Under the pieces are notes generated by a model, which saw nothing but the letters and a program-made list of their open reading frames with translations, made no database searches and had not been told where the DNA came from. Positions 12,656-23,415 of a stretch of DNA of 64,000 bases are shown here, piece after piece (the stretch's first letter is position 1; each line of letters starts with the position of its first letter). Source of the stretch: Azolla caroliniana (lineage: Eukaryota; Plantae; Polypodiophyta). The translations under genes were made by a program, and so were the position numbers. The DNA lies in the NCBI GenBank assembly GCA_043228905.1, contig JBHGNT010000006.1, forward strand, positions 21,886,001 to 21,950,000, in the 5' to 3' direction.

Positions 12656-13637
12656 TAGTGTTGGTATGCTTCTAGTCGTCGTCGCTCCCATTCATATCGT
12701 TCGAACTGTAGTTGTCTTCCGAGCTGATCATCCTCAAGCCTATCAATCAACCTCCTGAAAGCTTCAAGCTGGGATTCAGCCAAGGAGCAAAAGTCCATCT
12801 TGTAGAAATTGTCCCCGGTTTTTTTCTGGTTCTCTGCATCTGCGCGGAGCACCTGTAGTTCCGCTTCTTGTTTTGACCATTGCATCCACACAATCATCGA
12901 GCAGTCGATGATGCTTGCCTTTCTCCAGTCTTTCCATACCGTGACTATCAGTCATATTCGTTCCACCCCAAGCTTGATACTGTCCTCAACATCCTTCTTT
13001 TCGTCCTTCATATTCTTGATGAGTGTCGCGGTATCCCGAACCTGCACTTCATAGTTCAGCAACTGGCTTTGATAGATGGTTTGGACCTTATCCAAAGCCA
13101 TTTTGGCCTATTCCATTTCTTCATAGTGCTTCCGGCTCAACTCCGTTTTTTCTTTTGTTGCTTCTGCAAGTGCCTTTGCCATAGCGACCACCTGAGTGCG
13201 TTCCTTCGCCAACTCATCTGTGGTGGTGGCAATAACTATCAATGATGAGGAGCAGACTGCGGAACCGCAACTATAGGAGGAGGAGTTGCCACATGAATCC
13301 GGTGGGGAACATCCAAGAGAAACCGATGCAGACCAGGACAAAGCGGTCGGGTCAGAGCAGCAAGCAGGAACCGGAAAGGGCGCGGATGTTGAAACCGACG
13401 CAAGAATGGAGATACCTCAACCAAAAGAAGGCGAAGAGCATCAGCGGACCGGAAAGGGCGTGGATGTTGAAATCGACGCAAGAATAGAGATACCTCAACC
13501 AAAAGAAGGGGAAGAGTAGTAGTAGAACAAGGACCCGCTTGAAACCTTGATCCAGAGCATATTGGACATATTTGTCGAGGATTGAAGGGGCTAACTGTGG
13601 GATCGACGTACAAGGTATTGTCCCACAGGCGTGCCAT
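12655..13637 (-). mobile_element. Remnant of a tRNA-Arg-primed element: PBS at 13620-13636, leader and an interrupted coiled-coil ORF
   Basis: TGGCACGCCTGTGGGAC on minus. In-frame, stop-interrupted heptad-rich ORF over 12655-13240. Confidence 0.5.
13370..13516. repeat. 78-bp tandem duplication
   Basis: ACCGGAAAGGGCG(C/T)GGATGTTGAAA...CCAAAAGAAGG starts at 13370 and 13448. Confidence 0.9.
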
Positions 13638-13638
13638 G

Positions 13639-14076
13639 TGTTGGTAAGACTCGAACCCATGACCTTATGTTACATGGGTCGAGCTCTTGACCATTAAACT
13701 ATATGTTATAATACGAAAGATATATTTTCATTTAAATTTTACGATAGAAATTTGATGTATATTCTAGATTTCTCTGGAACATTCTAGAAACTTCAAGAGT
13801 ACTCCTAAGAACACTATAAAAGGAGGCACAAGGCATTATTTCGAACCAAATCAGTTCAACGCTAGTCTTAAGCCTCCTAGCTACTATTGTATATTCCCTT
13901 AACATAATATATATCTTTTGTTATCCTCTCTCTCTCTCTCTCTCACTCTCACTCTTTCCTTCTCTCGAGAGTTCTACACCTCCCTTAGTACTAATCCTCA
14001 TCTTTTAGTACTAATTCCTTCTTTGTTTTAGTACTATTCCTGACAGTACTTCTCTGTCTGAGTATTGCTCCCAACA
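13639..14076 (+). repeat. 5' LTR of the Tf-like Gypsy element
   Basis: TGTTGG...CCAACA inverted termini, TATAAAA at 13815, CT-rich U5. Homologous to 56199-56550. Confidence 0.75.
13747..13804. promoter_or_regulatory. Heat-shock element array in the LTR U3
   Basis: Perfect GAAcaTTCtaGAAacTTC at 13777-13794, inside 12 phased 5-bp units (6 perfect, 6 with one mismatch), directly upstream of TATA. Confidence 0.75.
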
Positions 14077-17000
14077 GTTTGAACTGATTTTCCTTTCCTT
14101 CCTTCTCTTCCTTTATCTTCTTACTTATCCCTCCCTTCATACTACTCTCTTATTCCTCTTTTCTCTCATACTATGGTCATTGTTAGCGCTCAAGAATATC
14201 AATCCGTTTTCTCAGAGCTGCAATGCTTGAAAGAGAAGTTCTTTGCTATGGATCAAGAAAATCAACGGTTGTTGGGGGATCTTCAACAAATCTCCTTAGA
14301 AAAGCAACAGACGCAACAACAACATGGGGAACTAGTGGTACGCGTGCAACAACTCGAAGCAACCTTAGTAACGATGCAACAACAAAGACCCAGTATGCAA
14401 GGGATTCATAAAGAACCCAAGATCAGCCTTCCCATGAAATTCGATGGAACGCGATCGCAGTTTAGAGGATTCCTTAATCAGGTATGATTATTCATTCAAA
14501 TGCATCCTTCTTGATATCCCACCGATGCATCACTAGTGGGACTAGTAGGCACTCTACTTAGTGGCATGGCTTTGGCATGGTTCGCCCCCCTGTTAGAAAA
14601 AAGCTCTCCCTTGTTAAATAATTTTGAGGAGTTTATTACCGAGTTTAAAGCTTGTTTTGGAGATACCGACAGTGCTAGAACAACAATCAACAAAATCCGA
14701 AGATTGCGCCAAGGTGAGCGGACGGCCTCGGCTTATGCTACGGATTTCCGTCTTCTTGCCACTGATATTCCCTAGGATGACTAGGCACTAATGGAAAATT
14801 TTCATTTTGGCCTACGTAATGATGTTAAAGATTTACTCTTAACTTTCCTGAGGAGCCAAAGTCATTGACAGAAGCAATCAGTCGTGCGGTGCGATGCGAT
14901 AATCGCCTCTTCGAACGACGTTCGAAACGTCAGTTCCAAATGCCATGGACAAGATCGGAGCCCACCTACAGTTCAATCATAGCAAAGCCTTTCCCAAGGG
15001 AGTCATTCAATACGTCTCCAACAAATACTCCGACTCCAATGAAAATCGACACCACACATCGTCACGGACCACTATCGGAAGAAGAAAAGTAGCGACGCAG
15101 GGCAAATCGATTATGTCTCTATTGCGGTGGACCGGGGCATATTGCAGTGAACTGCCCCCATCGGCCGAAAAGGTAGGTAAATCAAATTATTGCTAGTACT
15201 AATAGTACTAAACCCGAGTCTATTCCACTAAGTGTGTCTGATAGTCCTAATAGCCCAAGCCTTTCAAACAAATTTGAAATCCTTAGTCAACTAGAAGAAG
15301 AGTTAAACGATTAAGTCCAACCAAAATAGGAGCCGTTTGGTTGGACAACCCTAGATCTGTGCAACCCATTAGTGGTTCCATTTCCTCTAAGCAAGTTAGC
15401 AATGTGTTCTTAGCTCATGTAATGGTTAGTACTAAAAGTATTCGTCCAATACATGTCTTAGCACTATTAGATTCCGGAGCCAACTCTTGCTTCATGGATA
15501 GGAATTTTTCCCAAGCTCATCAAATATCCCTAAAGAAACTCCCATGTCCAGCCTCTGTAGTAGTCATTGATGGTCATCCCATTGCTTCTGGGAATATTAT
15601 AGAAGAGTTAGAACCCGTTAATATTGTCCTAGATAACTTAGCATGTGTAGTATCATTTAATATAATTAGTATCCAAGAACATCCCATTGTTTTGGGATTA
15701 CCATGGTTCGGATTACATAACCCAGCCATAGATTGGACAACAAGAGAAATATGGTGTCGACAAACCCAAGGATCTACTCATAAGATTGCAACCATTTTGC
15801 TACATCAGTTGCATGAGGAAGGACACAAGGAAGAAATGTTTCTCTTCGCAATATCAGTAAACCCCTCCAGTATAAATAAAGAGGAGTCCACCATTCAACT
15901 TCCAGAGAAGTATCGTCATTATACCGATGTGTTCGATAAAGCACGAGCTAATACACTTCCTCACCATCGACCATATGATTGCCCCATCGATTTACAACCG
16001 GGAAAAGAGCCATCATGGGGGCCAATCTATAATTTGTCACCAACCGAGCTAGAAGTCCTTCGAGCCTATATAGAGGAGAATTTGGCAAATGGTTTCATTC
16101 AACATTCGAAATCTCCAGCCAGTGCACCCATTTTCTTCGTCAAGAAAAAGGATGGATCACTTTGTCTCGTCGTAGATTACCGTGGGTTGAATAAAGTCAC
16201 CATCAGGAATAGGTATGCACTTCCCCTTATCTCAAGTCTTTTAGAACGGATCAATGGTGCAAGGTTCTTAACAAAGATCTACTTACGAGGAGCATATAAC
16301 CTCATACAGATCTGTCTAGGAGATGGAAGACTGCGTTTCGCACCAAATATGCGCACTTCGAGTATACGGTCATGCCATTTGGCCTCACTAATGTGCCAAC
16401 AATCTTCCCGCACATGGAAAATGATATATTCCGAGATCTCTTAGATGATTTTTTGATCATCTATTTGGATGATCTAGTGGTTTATTCGAAGACCCAAGAA
16501 GAGCATGATTCTGATGTACTATTAGTACTAAAACGACTTTGAGAACATGGTCTTTTTGCAAAACTGGGAAAATGTAGTTTCAGGTGCAACCAGGTAGAAT
16601 TTTTGGGCTATGTCATTTCCTCGGAAAGCATCTCCATGGATCCAACTAAGGTCAAAATGGTGGTAGAGTGGCAGACTCCATGTTCATTGCGAGATGTGCA
16701 ATGCTTTTTAGGCTTTGGCAATTTTTACCACAAGTTCATACAGGATTACTCAAAGCTTGTTCTGCCTATCACACAACTTACCCGGAAGGGAAAATCATTC
16801 GTTTGGTCTGAAGAAGCGGACATTGCTTTTGAGAGTCTTAAGAAGTTATTTACATCAGCTCCTATTTTAGTTCATGTTGATGCAAAAAAACCATTCACCA
16901 TTGAAGCAGATGCGTCGGATTTCGCCTTGGGTAGCATTCTATCTCAACAAGGCGATGATCAAAAGCTACATCCTGTGGCTTTCCATTCACGCAAGTTTGA

Positions 17001-17385
17001 CGCCGCGGAAATCCACTATGAAGTTCATGATAAGGAGCTATTACCAATAGTGGACTCTTTTATGCAATGGAGGCATTTCCTAGAGGGGTCTTCTCATCAA
17101 GTCATCGTATTCAATGATCACAAAATCTAGCCTACTTTCAGAATGCTCGTGTGCTAAATTGACGTCAAGCTCAATGGGCCCAATTCCTCACTCGTTTCTA
17201 CTTCAAAATTACATATCGTTCGGGGAAGCAACAAGGGAAGGCAGATGCATTATCACGCGTTCGTATCTAGCACCGCGTCCCGGCGAGCCGGCTTTCGATA
17301 ACCAAAAGCAAGTAATCTTGGGACCGGCACGACTGCAAGCACGGAGGTCTTCGGTATGCCCCTGGATTCCCACGTTATCGATACC

Positions 17386-20300
17386 TATTGAGAGTCGAAC
17401 TCAACTTCCCATATATAGGTTTCACACTAGCTCATGGACATGTTGGGCTAGTTTTGTAAATAGTAGAAAGGGCACTTGCCCTAGCTTAGTTGGTATATAA
17501 ACCAATGCATTGTAACTTAGTTGTTGTTGGATGTTTTATGCTTTCATGTTATCTTGGTTAATATACAGTTTAGTCCATCTCTGTCTTAAGAGCTTTCTCT
17601 CTCACTCTCTTTCTCTGTCTTGATACACAGACACACACTCATCTTCCGTTGCATTACAACCACTCTTGCCTCCTCATTTCTTTACATGGTATCAGAGTGT
17701 GTGGTTTCCTGATCAAGCATTTTCGACTATGTTGTGCTACACGCCGACGATCAACAGAACCGGCGCATCGACAAAGAAGAAATCACCATGAATACTCAAA
17801 TGGGAAGCGCTCTCCCTACCGAGAAACTCGACAGAACGAACTTTGCATCTTGGGAATACAAGATGCATCAATACCTTGTCGGACAAGGCTACTGGAGCTA
17901 TATCGAAGGATCTCACGAATCACACCCCAACCCAACAGACGCCGACTATCCCGCTTGGGAGCAGGCTGCAAGCCGTGTGTTGTATTGCCTCGCATCATGC
18001 GGTCATGATCACATGCTTGGCTACATTCGAGAGGCTAAAATGCCAAAGCAGGCGTGGGAAAACCTCAAGAAGATTTTCGCAGCCAATACGGCTGCACGAA
18101 AGCTCCAACTTCGACAGGAGTTGAACAATCTTCAACAAAGGGACATGTCAATCGGCAACTACACCTTAAAGATCAAGGAGTTGTGTGATGCCCTTGGATT
18201 GATCAATGTTAGCATTGACGACAAAGAAATGGTGCATATATGCCTCGGTGGCTTGGCACCATGTTTTGGCGCAATAAGATCGGTCGTTCTCGCGAGAGAG
18301 AATCCTACCCTCCTTTTGTGATCTCCAATCATTGTTGCTAGTCGAAGAGAATCACATGCGTCAAAGGAATAACGCACATGACGGATAAATGCTATATTCG
18401 AACTTCAATGGAGGAAGAGGACAAAGTCGTGGAAGGAGAGGTCGATTCGGCCAAGGCCGACACAACCAAGAGCGTAACTCCCACCAATGGCAAGCAGACA
18501 GAAACGGCCCCAGAGAGTTCGACGGAAGGGGGAGTCATCACGCCAGACCAAGCAACCATAGGAACCCAGTTGAGTGCGGGTACTGCGGAAAACCCGGCCA
18601 CTACGAAGAGGAGTGTCGGAAGAAGAAGCATGAGCAAGACCGACAACTAACAAATTACGCCATGAACTCCGACTACGGCGACCGTGATGGAATGTTCATA
18701 ATGAAGCACGAACTGCAGTCAATGTCCGCACTTGCGTCAACTACCGCTTCCACTCCAAACAGCGTATGGTTTGTCAATTCGGGAGCCTCCAATCACATGA
18801 CGTCCCATGAAGATTGGTTTCAGGAACTACGAAAGCCCGAACGTCCCGGATATGTCGAAACAAGAGATGACACGACTCACCCAATACAGCAGATCGGGAA
18901 TGTCCCATTCGGAAACGACGGCAAACAGACCTACCTCAAGAACATGATGCATGTCCCCACCATTACGAAAAACCTGGTCTCAGTCGGCCAGATTGTCGAA
19001 CAGGGAATGCAAGTACGCTTCAACAATGACGGATGCTTCATCGAAAAAGGCGATCAAGTCGTAGCTCACGGCCGACGAGAAGGCCGTAGCGAGGTAAAGT
19101 CAGCCATGTATGCAAAAGACCAGTAAGTCGAAACCAACTTTAAACTGTGGCACAAGAGAATCAGCCACATCAATCTCCAAAAGCTCCAGAACATGCAATC
19201 GAAAGGAGTTATAATCGAACTCCCGAACTTCATGGCGAAGGAGATTACAGGCGTATGCGAAGCATGTCAATTCGGAAAGCTACGTTGTCACCCATTCCTT
19301 AAAGAGCGGAATGTGAGCAAAGGAAACCTGGATGTCGTACATTCAGATGTGTGGGGACCAGCCCAGACAGCAACATTCGGCGGATGCTGATACTATGTCA
19401 CGTTCATCGACAACTTCTCCAGGAACACCCGAATCTATCAGATGAAGTAGAAGAGTGAAGTGTTCAGGCACTTCCAGGCATTTAAGGCCGAAGTCGAAAA
19501 AACTACGAGTCAGCATGTACACTGTCTTCGATCAGATGGAGGCAGAGAATATTTTTCGGATGAATTTACAACGTATCTCCGAAAAGAAGGAATCCGACGA
19601 GAGTTCTCGTGTCGACACACGCCTCAGCAAAACGGCATAGCAGAGTGTATAAATCGCCATGTAGTAGAAGTCGCACGAGCCATGATGAACAAGAAGAGCC
19701 TGCCGAAATCATAGGAGGAGGTCGTTCTAGAAGGCGTGTGCCCTGCACGAGGATCTCGTCGCAAGCGAGCCCGAGACTCCCCGACCGGTCCTGGGATGCA
19801 GGCTCCCTCTTTCCCTTAGGGCGGAACAAGCGTGGTGTACATGTATGTAGGTGTGCTTCAGGCTAGGTTAGGGTCTGTGTGTGGCTGTGTGCGTTGTAAC
19901 CGGCGTAGAGGTGCCAGTCGTAACCGGGTGTATATGTGTGAGTGCATATGCGCGGGCGCGGTTAACCGGGTCGTGATCTGTGCCTATTTTGGGGCCGTTG
20001 TACATATGAACATAAGGGCGATGAAGGTGAGCGCGCACCTTCTCACTCCACGAATAGTCATCGTCGAGCCTTCGACAATACCCTCTCTCTTGGTCCATGA
20101 CCCCGGCGGTCCCGCCTGGATCCAACATGCAAGCGCAAAGATCCGCGACAACGCGGCAAAAGCTTGACCCAAAGTCGGAAAAATGTATCCTCGTAGGATA
20201 CTCACTCGAACAGAAGGGGTACAAATGCTACAACCCATCTACCCGTAAGGTTCGTACAAGTCGAGACATAGTCTTCGACGAATACGCATTCTGGTACGCA

Positions 20301-23300
20301 CCGGAGAATACTTCGACTCCATCCTCACTCGACGCGGATGACACTGAAATAGAAATAGAAGCTAGGGATCGGCTCTCACAGATGTTAGAAGAAAGCCCAA
20401 TTACGACACGGTTGAGTGGGCCATCAGAGCCGTCGAGCAATGAAAGCACATCTCAGTCGAGTCCGAAGTTGGACAAAGGGAAGGCGAAAATGCGGGAATA
20501 TGAAGTTCAGTTCAAATTTGAATCGACCCACTCCCTTGATAGTGAGTTCGAAGGCCTTGACACCGAGATAGACGGCATGAAGAAAGCTTTAGAATCCACG
20601 CACGAAAAGCTACGCCGGTCCACCCGAGAGAAGAACCCCGTAAACAGCTACGGCTACGACGAGTACATGGCGTATCACTACGCTTTTATGATGAAAGTAG
20701 CGTCAGTACGGGAACCGGAAACGCTTTCCGAAGCCGCAAAGGATCCGCGATGGGTCGACGGGATGAATGAGGAGATGGAAGCTTTATGCAAAAACGAGAG
20801 ATGGGCTCTCGTTACTCTCCCCCCGAACAAGAAAGCGATTGGCTACCGATGGATATACAAAGTAAAATACAATGTCGAAGGATCCGTAAACCGCTTCAAA
20901 GCACGGCTCATTGCGAAAGGCTACGCGCAAACGCACGGCATAGACTACGAAGAAACCTTTGCCCCGGTGGCAAAGATGATAACTGTACATACAGTAATTG
21001 CACTCGCCGCAGCGAAGGGATGGCACCTCCACCAGATGGATGTGAAAAATGCTTTCCTCCAAGGCGAGTTAGAAGAAGAGGTGTACATGATACAACCACC
21101 GGGATTCAAATCACGTAAGCATCCACACGTCGTATGCCAACTCAAGAAGCCACTCTACGGCCTCAAACAAGCACCGCGTGCTTGGCACTCGAAGATCGCA
21201 CAGTATCTTCACCAAGTCGGATTTCAGATGTCAAAATCTAACACCTCTCTATACACCCGACACGAGTCGAATAGCCTGATCATCATCATCCTGTACGTGG
21301 ATGATTTGGTCATCAAAGGAAAGGATCTCGCCAAGATTAACAAAGTCAAATCACTTCTTTCCGGCAGATTCGAAATGAAAGACCTACACGAGCTCCATTA
21401 CTTCCTAGGTATTGAAGTAATTCGGACACCAGTTGGAATAATGATCTCTCTGACGGGAACTGCACGCTCCCTATGCGCAACGCTCGGCCACAACCGAGCT
21501 TAGAATCATACACAGAAAACGGGAAATAAATGCACGACACAGTGAAGAGAAGAGTACACAGGATGTTTACGTGGAAAACCCAAACTAGGGAAAAAACCAC
21601 GGCAGCCCACAAGCTGCAAACTATCACTATGTTAGAATGTACAACAGTGAGTTCACGGAGGCAACGACCTCATGCTCACAATCTTCGCCACAGGCGGCAG
21701 TTTCAACAGAGGCAACGACCTCTTTCTCTCTCTCTCTCTCTCTCTGTACACGGTTACGCGCTCTCTCTCTTCTTACACCAACAAGAATAACAACCATTAC
21801 TAAAAGTTTGCCCTAAGTCATATTTATACTAATATGACTTTTCGGCTATTTACAAGTATAGCCATGATGGACTCTCAGAAACATATTTACGAATATGTCT
21901 CTTCATCCAGTGAGCACTCCTCACCGGGTCTGCACCATCCGGCTCTCCGTAGCTGGGTACTCCTCATCCGGTTCTCACCGGGTCTGCACCATCCGGCTCT
22001 CCGTAGCCGGGTACTCCTCATCCGGTTCTCACCGGGTCTGCACCATCCGGCTCTCTGTAGCCGGGTACTCATCATACGGTTTCGGCCTCGGCCGAGTTTG
22101 TTCATCAGCACTGTTCTTCTCCCTTCCCATCCGGAGGGACCTGTCTCCCAACACTCTCAACGGCACTACATTCTCAACTTACTCTACAAGTTCGGAATGA
22201 CCGAGTGCAAGCCTGTGTTTACCCCTCTTGACTGTAATCACAAGATCGATGCCAATTCCGGAACCGCTGAGAGCGAGCCATCTCAGTATCGACAACTTAT
22301 CGGTAGTTTGATCTATCTGACCATTACGTGACCCGACCTCAGTTATTCGGTCGGCCTACTTAGCCAGTTTATGCAAAATCCACGAAATCTTCATCTGGAC
22401 TGCGTTAAGAGGATACTTCGGTATGTCAATACGACAATGGACTACGGCATTATGTACAGGACGAATGCGATCATTCGACTCGAAGGGTACACATACGCGG
22501 ACTGGGCAGGATATAAAGCGAGTAGGCGATCCACATCCGGATTCGTCTTCTCTCTTGGTAGTGGATCGATCTCCTGGAGTAGTAAGAATCAGTTGATTAT
22601 CGCACTGTCGAGCACAGAAGCCGAATACAGGGGCACAGCAATCGCCGCATGCGAAGCCGTCTAGCTGAAACGTGTACTAAAGGATCTGGGCGTACCCATC
22701 AAGGATCCAATTCACCTCTACTGTGACAACATGAGCAGTATCTACCTAGCGCAGAATCTCGTATTCCACGCGCGGACTAAGCATATCGAAGTCCACTACC
22801 ACTTCATCCGCGAGCGCGTACAGGCCGGAGAGTTCGACCTACAACACATCAATACGCACCTCCAGGTTGCTAATATTTTTACAAAAGCTCTAGGCGTCGA
22901 CAAGCTCAGGCAATTTGCATTGGACCTTGGTCTCACGACATCTACATTGCCGAGCTTGAGGGGGAGTACACAGCATACGCAGCACGGATAGACTACACAA
23001 TACACAATAAGAAGCGTAAAGCAATAAAGCCGGAATCTGATTCCTTAAATCGAAGTACTCCGAAGAGCGAAACAACTTTTCAACAGATGGAAGTTGTGTT
23101 CGAACGGGCGTGTTGAGAGTCGAACTCAACTTCCCATATATAGGTTTCACACTAGCTCATGGACATGTTGGGCTAGTTTTGTAAATAGTAGAAAGGGCAC
23201 TTGCCCTAGCTTAGTTGGTATATAAACCAACGCATTGTAACTTAGTTGTTGTTGGATGTTTTTTGCTTTCATGTAATCTTGGTTAATATACAATTTAGTC

Positions 23301-23415
23301 CATCTCTGTCTTAAGAGCTTTCTCTCTCACTCTCTCTCTCTGTCTTGATACACACACACACACACACTCATCTTCGGCTGCATTACAACCACTCTTGCCT
23401 CCTCATTTCTTTACA
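17386..23415 (+). mobile_element. Ty1/Copia element with both LTRs but decayed coding region; LTRs 17386-17686 and 23111-23415, TSD ATACC
   Basis: ATACC at 17381-17385 and 23416-23420; PBS TGGTATCAGAG at 17687. Gag, CGYCGKPGH knuckle, WFVNSGASNHM protease, integrase, RT (LYVDDL) and RNase H (RTKHIEVHYHFIRE). Confidence 0.97.
21451..22153 (-). mobile_element. Solo LTR (Copia family related to the LTR at 4510-5130) inserted in the RT of the 17386 element, TSD CTCTC
   Basis: TG...CA termini, with CTCTC at 21446-21450 and 22154-22158. Removing it restores GIMISQRHYILN. Shares AGAGTACACAGGATGTTTACGTGGAAAACCC with ~4633-4663. Contains three 54-bp tandem repeats at 21920-22081. Confidence 0.93.
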
